DNA from: Peribolospora baueri
Lineage: Eukaryota
Reading direction: 5' to 3'
DNA: 29,708 bases
NCBI GenBank assembly: GCA_029717555.1
Contig: JAMDHS010000080.1
Location: forward strand, 62,001 to 91,708
Positions 1 to 11,180 of this stretch are shown piece by piece; within the stretch, counting starts at the first letter, position 1, and each line of letters opens with the position of its first letter. The position numbers were made by a program, and so were the translations under genes. The notes below the pieces were generated by a model, which saw only the letters and a list, made by a program, of their open reading frames with translations, had not been told where the DNA came from and searched no databases.

Positions 1-757
1 AGGCCGTCATGCTCGTCGGCGGCCACGCGAGCCTCGTACCTTCGCTCGTGTTTTGCATCGGTATGGACACCAATTTCCTCTGGCAGGATGACGGGTTGGG
101 CTTGACGGGATCCAACGTTTCGCTGGAAGGGTGAGCGAGCTGGATGCGAGCCTCTCTCTGAGCGATGCCTCTGCGCGTCCTACGTCCTACGCTCCAACTC
201 ACTTCGTTCCTCGTCCTTGTCACCTCCATCTACTTAGGATCACCACGCGCATCTCATATGACATACAGTTTCTGCATCGGCTCTTCGTTTCAGAATCCTC
301 CGCGGGGGGCACCCTCAACCTCAGGTCGCGACATTTCGTGCCGGAAGTCTCACGGGAGGCGAACGGCGTCTTGCACATGTTCACCGTCGCCATCGGCAGG
401 CTCAGCTTTGCGCCGGCTCCGGAGTGGATGGAGGGAGAGCCGGCGTGGGAAACCATCGAGGCCATCACGGGTGAGCTCGGTTCAGTACATTTTCTCCAAG
501 TCGTTTGCTCCTCACGCGCTCCTCACGAGTCTTTCGTCGGCTAACCATGGCTTATGTTTCGTCGCCGTCTTCTGTCACCTCGTGTCTCCGGGTTCGCAGA
601 CCTGTGTCGAGATTTATTGGACATGATCGCAACGCCCGACGAGGCGGACGCCATCTTCGAGCTTCTCGATCCGGGCGAGAGCGGGGATGACGACGAGTCG
701 CAGACGGACGACGAGGAGACGGAAGCACGGAATGCTCTGCCTTCCCAAGAGAGATGA
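1..757 (+). CDS. 3' end of a gene, probably an ATRIP/Rad26-like DNA damage checkpoint protein (5' part outside window). Exons <1-130, 238-470, 600-757
   Basis: GT-AG introns 131-237 and 471-599 (branch ctaac at 541) join one frame: ...ASLVPSLVFCIGMDTNFLWQDDG...ITTRISYDIQFLHRLF...NGVLHMFTVAIGRLSFAPAPEW...ITDLCRDLLDMIATPDEADAIFELL plus an acidic tail. The 'RLSF...LLD..TP.E.DAI' C-terminus resembles fungal Rad26/ATRIP-like proteins from memory. The gene structure is solid; the family call is tentative. Confidence 0.5.
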
Positions 758-792
758 CATCGTCGCACCCTTGTCGCTCATCTTCATTTTTT

Positions 793-850
793 TCTCTCTC
801 TCTCTGTGTCGCGTGCAAACACGCACGCACGCACGCACGCACACACTCTC
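793..850. repeat. Compound microsatellite: (CT)n followed by (ACGC)5
   Basis: ctctctctctct at about 794-805 and acgcacgcacgcacgcacgc at 821-840, just downstream of the stop codon at 757. Confidence 0.85.
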
Positions 851-1794
851 TCGTAGCCGACGACTTCTATGGATTAATGTATCAACACCTCATCTCGATG
901 GCACCACAAACTGTCACCCAGCCGCTCTTGTCCCCCTTCCGCCCCACTTTTGTACTCGTAGGTCGCCGACACGCTCAGGAGCTGTGGAACGGACTGTGTT
1001 TGTCAGATACGACGATTTTTCTTCCTGCCGTGCGGACAGTTTGTCGAACTGCGAAACGCGCGAGTGACCCCACTGGAGATTTTTACGGAGCGTACTGCTA
1101 TGGAAAAGTATCTCTAAGAGGAACAGGGGTGATTTCATCATGGAGTCGCTCGAAGAATGCTGTATACAAGATCCTTCACGTGACACGTACAGTCGAGCGG
1201 GCGATGTGCCGGTGGTCGTTTTGTTCTACGCTTGTCCTTCGTCAAGTTTCCCATCCGCGGCGCAAGGACTTGTTCGCGTTGAGGTCGAATGTCAAAAAGG
1301 CGGCAAGCTTTCAAGTTGCACAGCAAAGCTGTGGGCGCCACGAAGGAAGACCGTCCATCCGTCTCGGACACTTCCGTTTGAGCCACGATCACGAGATCTT
1401 GCGTGACATGACGCGCTGGCGGACGATAAGGGCTCGCCATCGTTCACGACGATGGTGCGAGGCGGGCGAGTGGTGCCGTCTCTTTCCCCTTTCCTTCTTC
1501 CTCTTCCGCGGGCTTCTGGTTCGGAGTGGCAACATCATGCGCAGATAAACCAATGTCGGGAGACGCCGGCTCACCGCACTTTTTCTTATCTTACATAGTC
1601 AGCCAGTCGCTCTTGAGTGATCCGCGCTGTCAACATTCGTGCCGGTGTCGCTGGTGAACGTAGGTGCTAAGGACTAGCGTTTGTTGTCCCCGTCCAGCGT
1701 CGAACCCCGGCCCATAAAACCTGGTCCTGCCCTCCAACCTTCCAGCGCCGTCCGTTCTAGCCGCTGGCCGCTGACCTTTGACCGCACTCTAGAC

Positions 1795-4396
1795 ATGTCT
1801 TTGGCCTCCTTGTCCGGTCTTCCTCCCCATGACTCTGGCTTTCGCACCCAGCATCTCGCCGGCGGGCGCTCGTTTCATTTCGATAGGCCCATCAAGCAGG
1901 TCGCCATCATCGGTACAGGTCCTTCTGGGGTGAGGGCACGCGTGTTTCGAGCATTGGCCTAGTAGCACTGCGCGGCAACACATCTTCTTGTTCGTTCTGG
2001 AGGCGCCCGTCCTGATCCAGAGTTCCCGGGCTGCCCCGCCTCAGCTTACGGCCGCACGACATCTTCGGGAGGGCGGAATCCAAGTGCGCATCTTCGAGCG
2101 CAACACAGGCCCCGGCGGTACCTGGTAGGTGTGGAGGGAGCAGCGAGGCGAGGCGAGCGATGGCGATGAGCTTGCCGACTAGCGAGCTGGCTCGGAGGAG
2201 AGGGTCGTAGGAGGAGAAGGAGGATCGAAGGTGGTGTTGAACCACAACGATGATGGCCGTCTTCTTCTTGGAGAGTTCGTATGCTCACAAAGACGCTCGT
2301 CGTCGGGTCAGGATCTACTCGCCGTCTGCGGGGCCGCACGTCTCGGCGCCGACGCCGCCTCCATCGACCGGCGACTACGTCCCTTCCTTCCCGCCTCCTG
2401 ATGCCAAGCTACCCTACGTCGTTCTCCTCCCGCCTCCCACTAGGACCCCAACCTCTGAGAACAGAGACCTGTGTACAGCGAATGGTACCGCAGGGAACGG
2501 AACACTGCAAGAGGAAACCGATACGAATCCCACAAATACGTCTCATAAGGCCGGTCAAGCCAAAACGAGCGATGGCTGGACGCACATCCGCGAGGAGCAC
2601 TGCGCCCCCAACCCCGTATACAGTAACCTTCGCAACAATGTGCCCACGGCTCTTCAGGGTGTGAGTGCGACCTGCCGCCGTGGTCGACGGAGGCGTAATC
2701 AAGGAGCCGTTCGCGTCCCCCCTCCTCCCGCTGTTCTGCTCAAGCACCGGTGTCTGGCACTCCACCACGCAGATCAAAGACTTCCCGTGGCCCCCTAACA
2801 CCGAGTCGTCGGCAGCGCACGCGACAAACCTCAAATACCTTCAAGACTATGCACGACGCTTCGGCCTAGACAATCCTAGCGTGGTCAGCTTCAACACCCG
2901 TGTGGAGAAGGCCAGCAAAGCGTCGTCGAACGATTCTTCCAGGGATGAACGATGGACCTTGCTGCTCAAGAAAGTTGAAGATTCCCCCGTAGGTGGACTC
3001 CGGATGGAGTGGTGGGAAGAGGTGAGTAGTGTCTTCCGATACGTACCCTAAGTCGCCCCGGCTGATGGTCTCCTCACGCGGCCAAAGACGTTTGACGGGC
3101 TCGTAGTAGCCTCTGGCCACTACACTGCGCCATGGCTGCCGCAGACCCCAGGCATCGAAGAGCTGTTCGAAAGAAACTCCTCCAACCCAGGCCGAGTCAT
3201 CCACTCCAAGTCATACCGCAACCCCTCGTCATACCGAGGTCAGAACGTACTCATCGTAGGATGCGGGACCAGCGGAGCTGATCTCAACAGGGACCTGGCG
3301 TAAGCTTCAGCTTCGATCCTTGCTTGATCTGGTAATATATCTCACCGGCTTTCGCTCGTCTGCCTCATGTACGCGTGCAGGCCTCACGTCAACAAGATTT
3401 ATCACTCTGTCAGGGACGCGATCACCGGCAACGACGACTATCAGAGGCTTCGCCGGTTGCAGCGTCAAGCCATTCCAAAAGCCAATGCGGAACAAGTGGC
3501 CGAAGTCCGGACGTTTGTGCCGAGCCATCGACCAGACGACGACTCGGTTGGGGTTGTAGAAATGGTAGATGGGAGGACGCTTACGGACGTAAATAGCGTC
3601 ATCTTCTGCACCGGGTACGTCAGGGAATTTATCTCGCTTCTCGCTCACCGTTCGTCAATTTGACAGGCCTATCGCCCCCGTCGTTTATCCGAAGCTATCA
3701 GATCTCGAGGCCATTTCTCGCCGACCTCCATCTCGACGACCCGTCGGAATGCTTCCCGTCTTCCCTCGGCGCAAAAGGTGGCCACGCCAGCAACAACAGC
3801 AACCCTGTCGACAAGGACGAGGTGGCCTTCCAAGCCTCCTTGCGCAGGAATGCGGCACACCCGACAAAGCTGGTTACCGACGGTCGCTGGATCCAGAACC
3901 TCCACGAGGACATCTTCTACATTCATGATCCATCGCTCGCCTTCATCGGCGTACCCGTTGGGACGGCGACATTCACGTTTTTCGAGGCGAGTCGTCCCTC
4001 AGTCAGAGACGGCCGCCGCACCTAGTGCTGACGTCGGATTGAGATGTCTTTCTTCCATCCGCCCCGTTCCAGTTTCAGTCTATCGCGGTCGCCTACGTCT
4101 TCGCCGGGCTGGCACACCTGCCGGATCGTGGCAAGATGGCGGAGCTCTACGAGGCGAGGCTCCGTCATAAAGGTGTCGGAAGAGATCTCCATTTGATGGG
4201 CGAGGAACGAGAGCTGGAGTACGTCCGTGAACTAGTGAAGTCGCTCAACGAACAGATCGACGGCGCCGGATTGAGTCCAGATCTGCGCGTCACCGGGCAC
4301 ACGCCGGAGTGGATTGTCTTGCGCCAGGATTTTACGAGGAAGGTTCGCAGCGTCTTGGGCCTCCCTGAAGAGGAACAGGCGAAGACCGACGTCTGA
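1795..4396 (+). CDS. Flavin-containing monooxygenase (class B, FMO1-like), 624 aa. Exons 1795-1929, 2045-2124, 2312-2660, 2773-3021, 3088-3299, 3381-3614, 3695-3986, 4073-4396
   Basis: FAD-binding VAIIGTGPSGL...FERNTGPGGTW; YSNLRNNVP; FDGLVVASGHY; FMO fingerprint variant PGRVIHSKSYRNP; NADPH-binding VLIVGCGTSG; VIFCTGY; TFTFFEFQSIAVA. Exons total 1875 nt in frame. The last intron has a GC donor. Confidence 0.93.
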
Positions 4397-5055
4397 AACG
4401 GCGGTGGCCTGTCTCACGTTTGAACGACGAGGGAAACACTTCGCACTCTCAACATGGAATGTAGCCTACATTGATAATGTTCCCACGCGTGCGGACCCAT
4501 CTTGCATTGGGGTTCGGCTCAAAGCTCTACTTGCAGGCGCGGAGCCGATCTTTAAATACAAATTAAGTTAGAGCATGCCGAGCCGACTCCGGTCGCGCCG
4601 TGCCTGCGCGACTCGGCGGGGCTGGCTGGGGGTTTGACTGCCAGCAGCGGGAGCGAGACAGGTCGACGTGCTGGAGCTGAACAGGACAGCGAAAGGCAAG
4701 CTCGCTTGATGCGACAGAAGCCAAAAGCTGAAGCCTAGACCTTACGGTCTTGCCCTATCCTTGCCTACACGCCCCCACTCGCCCGGCGGGGCGTCTGCGG
4801 TGGACCACTCTGCCGTGTGTTGTGCTCAGGGCAGGGGCCGACCCAGGAAGTCGGGAAGCGGAAGCGTAGTAAGACGGTCGAGAATCGGGTGGTTGAAAGC
4901 GCCTCTCTTGTGGGTGCGAATCCATGGACAGGGCCCTGGACCCCAATGGTGGCACCGTGTTGCTCGCGTCTTCTAACCGAACCCGGGCCTTCCGCGCCTC
5001 GGGGAGTTTCCCTTACGCCGACGTCTTCCTACCGAGCCGTCCTCCTCCTGCACCG

Positions 5056-5546
5056 TTACATTCTTCCTTGCTCTCGGTCCATCTCCTCCTGGCGCATGAA
5101 CTCCTCCTCCTCCTGTTCGACGACAATAGCCCATACGGAGGCTTTGAAAAGGGTGAGGACCAGGCCCATCTTGCGCTCGAGCACGCGGAGGAGGGCAAGG
5201 AGAGGCGGGTGCGGGGTCTCGGAGAGCGTCGTTGAGAGGGCGGCGACCTGGAAGGTGAGGCAAAGGTAAGCAAGGTTCATAAGCTGAGTTCGTCATGAGG
5301 AAACCGTAGTGTCTGCTGTCATCAAATAGAAGCCGGTCTCCACCGCCATAGGTCCCTCACCCTCTTCATCGTGGCCGCCAGTCGGGCATACTCGCCCAAC
5401 AGGTCTGCCTCTGCGGGCGTGAGGTTCCTGTGACCGGCGTACGGGTTGACGAATGTCGGGGCGGGAGGAGGAAGTTGAGAAAGAAGCTCGGAAACGGGAT
5501 CCAGATGAGCAGAGGAAGCAGCCGATGACCTTTCGAACCCGGACAT
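5056..5546 (-). CDS. DAD3: DASH/Dam1 kinetochore complex subunit Dad3, 125 aa. Exons 5546-5361, 5247-5056
   Basis: NPYAGHRNLTPAEADLLGEYARLA followed, after GT-AG intron 5360-5248, by LRVLERKMGLVLTLFKASVWAIV, the characteristic Dad3 signature. Confidence 0.92.
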
Positions 5547-5647
5547 GTTGGGATGCGCTCGATGCCGTGTCGTTGTCGGTGAAGGAGGAGTGATGGGCGA
5601 ACTCGAGAAGGCGAGGTCAGCGATTGAAAGGACGCACGAAAGGTACG

Positions 5648-5722
5648 CACGTGATGGGGCCGCGTCGTAATTTAACGCGGTCACGTGCCCAACTAAGTCC
5701 GACCGTCATCCTCAAACACGTG
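5648..5722. promoter_or_regulatory. Cluster of three TCACGTG E-boxes and two CGCG (MCB-like) cores in the DAD3 / orphan divergent promoter
   Basis: CACGTG at 5648, 5682 and 5717, each reading TCACGTG on one strand; ccgcgt at 5660 and acgcgg at 5675. The cluster lies about 100-175 nt upstream of the DAD3 ATG. Confidence 0.55.
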
Positions 5723-6190
5723 ATATATATTTCATTGTCCACGATGAAGCCGGCTGCATCACCATGCTCGCGATGAGTGGTAGAGGGCGCAGTACGTTAT
5801 TGGACAAGGAACGACCGAATTCCAACGTGCTAGCTTGATCTCCTTCTGTGTCCTCGGCGCCAGAACGCTTGGCGGCTGGCTGGGCGTAGACGGTAGACTC
5901 TGCGCCGGCGGAGTTCCTTCGTCTTGCGCCCTGAATGCGGCCAGGATGGCCGAGCAGATGAGCTTGTTTTTCTTTTGTGTTGACGGTCGGTTGGCGTCTG
6001 GCTCATGGCGCACCCTCGGCAACGTTTTGCTCCGGTCTAGGGGTGAGGCGCTCGCGGCGGCTGTCACGTCGGACAAAGGGCTTAATCGAATTTTGTGCGC
6101 CGCCAACTCTACCCACAACATTGCCACGAGCCTGGCCAGAGGAAGAAGTATAAACATCAACAGCCGGTGCTCTCCTTCTCCTCCTACGTT

Positions 6191-6270
6191 CTGTCTCTTG
6201 CTCGCAATTTCTGCCTCTTGCTCGCACTTTCTGTCTTTTGCTCGCACTTTCTGCCTTTTGCTCACACTTC
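6191..6270. repeat. Minisatellite, four copies of a 20-bp pyrimidine-rich unit (CTGYCTYTTGCTCRCAMTTY)
   Basis: ctgtctcttgctcgcaattt / ctgcctcttgctcgcacttt / ctgtcttttgctcgcacttt / ctgccttttgctcacacttc, lying between a TATAAA (6149) and the ATG at 6339. Confidence 0.9.
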
Positions 6271-6338
6271 CTATCCACTTCCTCGCATCTTGTCTTTTTA
6301 CACCATAGGAGCACCAGCCTCGACTGACCGCAGACGAG

Positions 6339-8807
6339 ATGTACGACGATAGTTCCTCGGGACGCGACGTTGGTTTGGCACAGACAACCTCCTCCAAAAC
6401 CAACACAAGTCGCGGTTCTCCTGTTGCCTATTCTTCTCTCTTTACCTCTGGCTTCCTGCGGGGCTTTGGAGGTTTTCACGGCGGCTCCAACATTTCCTTG
6501 CCCCATTTCTCCAGGCCTTTTCAACCTGATTGGGGCTCGACCAGGCGCAGCTCCCGCGGCTGGACAGACAGCCCTCAGACCTCGACAATACTGCCCAGTT
6601 CCGACGCTCTCCAAACGCGTCTAATGGGGGACGATGGAGAAGACGACCCGTCCGAGAACTTCGAGTTTGCCGAACATCTCAACGTCTCCATGGACAGAAT
6701 CCAGGTGGTCGAGGAGAGTCTTGGAAGCGCAGGCAATTCGGGGTTTACCTTCCCTTCGACGGGGAGAAGGATGGAAGACACGCTCATGGGTCACCACTGT
6801 CCCTCCCACCCCTCAGCCGCTCCGGGCCTACTTCTCCATGACAATCCCACCACTCAAGGCGTTGGTCCGTCGCCGTACGGCCGCTGCAACCTGGTGAGAC
6901 CTGGAGGCGGGACGGCTTGGGACGACCCGCAAGAGGCCAATATACCTGCGACCCGATCCTTTCTGCATACTCCGACGGCACCTCTCCCTCCTGCAGCGGT
7001 GACTAGTCGCTCCTTCCGCAAACGCCGGAGCAGCATCAATCTGGAGATGATGTTCGAGTCCCAGTCCGGATATCTTCCCACTCGTCGCAGCTCGGTCGGG
7101 AGGAAGGACTGTGGCGGAACGATCGGCTCGAGCGGTGCCAAGAGTCCAGCCAAGAGCCTGCAGCGACCAGCGAGGAGCCCTCCGAGAGCTGGCACCGATA
7201 GGAGTCCTATGAAGTTCAGGCAGTCTGCTGGCAGGACTGTGGTCGTCGTCACCCCGACGAAGAGGGGCAGGTGAATGGTCGCATACGTTAAATTCTTCAG
7301 GGATTGTGAAAAGTGGATGTGAGAAGTAATGACTAAGTGTGGTTTGCTCGCCGTTCCACCATATAGGTGCACCAGAATCTACCCCCGCCCACCTCTTTCT
7401 CCGTCGGCTCTACTTCCACCAACACCCTCTCCGACGATGCTGGCCTTCCCATTGGCTTCCTCAGTCAACCCGCCGAACACGGCTCAGATGCAGTCCCTCT
7501 TTGCTGCTGCACATATCACCACGCCTCCTGACGTGCGCACGCCACCTGAACCTTCAAGCAGCTTTTTCGAGATCAGTCCGGAAAAGGAGCGGCGGCCCCC
7601 TCGGCGATATCGCCTCATTTCGCTCCTGAGAATGGAGAAAGGGATCCTGACGGGGAACAAAAAAGCACAAAAAGATATTAGGCGCGCCACTCATCGAGCC
7701 AAGGCGCTTGAGAACTTGCAGGGGTCTCCGCTGTTTGCCCCCGACTGCTATGAGGGCCACCGGGTTGGTGTCGAGTCTGCCGGGTGCAGCGACAAATGGG
7801 GTCAACACGCGTTGGAGGAGGCGATGCAGGTGGAAGGCAACGATGAACATGGACTAGATGGAAGCGGTGCTGGACACCGTCAAGAATCCCCTTCCCTAGA
7901 CCTGGCAAGGAAGGCGTTCATCTACCCGACCAGCGTAAGGTCAAATGCCAGCGCAAGCGACAATCAGCCGGCAGTCCTGGGCACCAACGTGCTGGTGACG
8001 AATAAGGCTGCTCAAGAAAACGCGATTCAGGCGCTTGGGCTCGCGCTCAAAGTCAACGGCCCGACTACTGGAAACTCATCGCTGGCGAGAAAAGGCCCTC
8101 AAGTTCAGACATCTTCCCCGGCTGATCGAATTGCGCTGGACAAGGAGAACATCTTCCTTTCAGAGGCCACCGACGACAATACGCGGGTACACAGCTCCTT
8201 TTACCCTTCTTATCTTGAACCTCCCAAGCCACCGCCCAACGAGCCTCTCCCTTCCATTCCCACTCATCGACCTCTTCTTCCAGATATGAAAGCGATTAAA
8301 AATCGGTCCACCAAGTGCGCCCGTTTCCAAATTTCTGGTCAGCAACCCCGCCGCCCAACCAGTGACTTTCCCCCGCCACCCTTCGCCTCGTCGGTGCCGA
8401 ACGCTCGATTGCACATCGGGTCGACCAGCACGTCTGCGTCGCCTTTCGCTACCGCATCCTTCAGCGAGCCCCATCACGGCCGCCCACACGTGAATAGAGA
8501 TGTAGTCGATGGGTGCGCTGCTGCACCTCTTGGAGCGAGAGGCATCGCCGGAAACTCCAGTGGACCCGACGTTCCTGCTGAAGTCTCCCGTTCTCCCTCC
8601 CTCAATACCAGCGCTCCCGGGTCTCCCTCCCAGTGCCCGCGCTCGTGCCATAACTCGCCCAACGAATGGGAGGACGATGAGACCATGGACTTCGATCGTG
8701 CCGTGGAGGAGTTGATGAGGGGTTATGAAGGTCGGAAGGATGGAGGCAACGATGAGTTTGTTAGAGTGAGTAGGGAGGATGGGCTGGGCGGAGGCGGTGG
8801 AGCGTGA
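6339..8807 (+). CDS. Hypothetical Ser/Pro-rich, largely disordered protein, about 790 aa. Exons 6339-7270, 7367-8807
   Basis: Two long ORFs (311 aa and 492 aa) are joined in frame by GT-AG intron 7271-7366 (branch gactaa). No recognisable folded domain. The start codon is uncertain. Confidence 0.75.
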
Positions 8808-9346
8808 TAAGGCCGAGCATCGCACAGATGTAGAGAAGGGCCACCCTTGATGAACTCTTTCAAGGCGGGCCTCTAGACTGATTCGGTGACGTTCGCTGGA
8901 CGAGGCGCCGACCTTGCGCCGAACTTTCGGCCGATTCTATGCGTAGAGTCTCGTGTCTAATTGCTTCTGATTTGTTTGTGGCGGGGGAAGAGAGAGGGCG
9001 GCGGGACCGCCATCGGAGATGTATTAGAGAGCTCTGCCCATGTTCATGTATGACCATGCTCTTCGTCTTCTTCGCTCTATCCCGTTGTTCTGTGATTGCG
9101 GAAAATGCAACTTGTCATTTCGCCTTCTGCACGTCTCATCTGCGCAACTTGCCGCCCGCCCAGTCGCTGGGAAGGTATATATCGCCTGCCTCGCCATGAC
9201 AAGTTCGCTCCAATCCAGGAAGGCACATCGACGATCGTGGCCTGACACAGGCGGGTGCCACGATAGGTGGAAAACGTCGCCAAATCCGAGCTTGTCCTCC
9301 CGTCCCTCCGATCCTTGCACTGTCTCTGCCCATCCACCTTCTTATA

Positions 9347-11180
9347 TCACTCGGTCAAGAACTCGTCGTTCTCAATCAACTCGGACAAGAAGGAAAAGAG
9401 GCTGTAGGCTGGTAGGCCGACGACGTTGTTATAGTCGCCCTCCACCCCCGCGACGAAGATGCCTCCCAGGCCCTATTTATTGTGAGCAAAGGTTGGAGGG
9501 AGTGATAAGGGATGAGAGAGGGAGTGTTGCAAGTGAGCGATCCAAGGGTGACAGCTGATCGAGGAGACGAAATGATTCTTCTGGTCGATGCTGCCAAGTC
9601 CAACTGGCTCAAACTCCACCCTGCCTGCACTAACTCACCTGAATGGCAAACCCTCCGGCTCGGTCAATACCTTCCCTGCTATCTATGTATGCTTCGTAGA
9701 TGTGTCGAGGAAAATGACCGAAGCGGACGCGCGTTCGTTCCGAAAGAGATCTGCCGGCGGGTGAGCGAAGTAGTGAGGATAGAAAGATGGAATTTACGGC
9801 GACCGGAACGACAAGGGGAAGTAGAAGGCGATCGCGGGGCGGCAGAATGAGTCAATGAACGTGAGAAATGACAACTGTAAGCAGAGACAAGAGCCGACAG
9901 AGTTGACTCGGCCCAGCTCACTCACTTGACGGCATAGCCTGGAGCTTGAAGGATGGGGAAGACGACCGTGACGCCAGATATGACTTTGGAGACCGCGCCA
10001 AGGCAGGCAGACAATAACCAAGAAGGTAATCAGGTCAGTCGAGCGAAAATCAGAACAGAACGTGTAAACGGTCCGTTTGCAAAATGCTGAAACCTCTTAT
10101 GCAATAGCGTCTGCCCAACACGCTTACCTTCATGCCACCGGTCATCCAGATCGAGGAGCATCCTCATCTGGTCGTTCTCGTCCTTGGGCTTTTCGAGGAT
10201 CTGCGAGTCTAGGGTCACAACGGTGTCGGCTGACGGAGATGAAGCCGGAGGACGAGAAAGCAAGTGAGGACCACTAGCTTGACAAAAGATGGATGGAATA
10301 AAAAAAGGGGAAGCACGTTAAGATAGGAACAACTGGTCCAACACACCTCCTATGACCAAGTCTGGAGGATCGTCCGGGTTTTCGTTCTGAAAATAGGACA
10401 CGGGGAATGCCAGTAAGCTATGACTCAGGGCCAGCTCGTACAAAGCAGCGACCGGAAAATGAAAGACTAAATAAAACCATTTAACCAACCACTAGTCGCT
10501 TGTAGACTTCGAGGGCCTGGTTGGAGATTGGGACAAGAATGACACACAACGGAGCGAGGCATCGTCCATCGTCAGACAGAACTGCTTTGCTTTGCCTTGA
10601 CAACCAGAAAGATCAAGAAGTCTTTCCAGTTGACGCCTAGCCTACTTTTTCAACGCTTGTCTCGACCGGGTACTCGTGCATTTCCTCCGGCGCCGTCGGG
10701 TGAGGCAAGTCTTCCGCAAACGTAGAGGGAATCACCTCCGGGTGTAAACCCTGTGAGCGGCATTCGGCCGCGTGGTGGACGTCGGCAAAGACATACAGAT
10801 AAAGGACGCAGGAATTAGTTAATATTCCAGATGCGTCTGGGAATAGGGCGTTCCATACGTGAGGAAAAGGCCTCACAAATGTGGCCAGAATGTCACGCCG
10901 GCGTGGAGAGGCGGAGGCGAGAACTACGCGCTTGCCTGCAGGACGGGAGTGCATGAGTATCGGATGAGCCTGTGCCTGTGCCAGTGGTGATCTTCCTCTA
11001 CTTCGACATAGCATCAGCGGCTCTAAGAGCTTGGTGAAACAGCCCTCCGCCGTTCCCCTCGCCCTGGCGACAGAACAACGCACCAGCAAGCTTGTTGAAG
11101 AAAGGGATGGCGAGCGCCTTGTCCGACACAACTCGCGGTCGGGAAAGAAGCTTCTCATTGGATGCGGTAGAGGGAGCCAT
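9347..11180 (-). CDS. Maf-family nucleotide pyrophosphatase (YhdE/dTTP-UTP type, stand-alone), 241 aa. Exons 11180-11084, 10935-10877, 10750-10646, 10516-10490, 10386-10347, 10229-10128, 9983-9926, 9750-9639, 9472-9347
   Basis: Spliced protein has KRVVLASASPRRRDIL, PSTFAEDL, KALEVY, DLVIGADTVV...ILEKP, HEVISGV, EGIDRAGGFAIQGLGG and EGDYNNVVGLP. The SPRR/ADT/AIQ residues indicate the YhdE subtype. Exons total 726 nt in frame. Confidence 0.93.

Noticed and set aside
1433..1461. Imperfect hairpin (ccatcgt-tcacg-acgatgg core)
   Set aside because: Short stems like this are expected by chance in GC-rich DNA, and there is no supporting context.
754..1548. 264-aa ORF between the Rad26-like and FMO genes
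   Set aside because: It starts in 3'-UTR microsatellites, has Arg/Cys-rich random-looking composition, and shows no motif or intron structure. It is probably a chance ORF.
6191..6270. Direct repeats as a possible CRISPR-like array
   Set aside because: The units are directly adjacent with no spacers, the context is eukaryotic, and there are no cas genes.
5759..6614. Minus-strand ORFs of 215 aa and 203 aa with apparent peptide repeats
   Set aside because: The repeats are translations of the 20-bp minisatellite, whose period is not a multiple of three, and the ORFs overlap the orphan gene in antisense.
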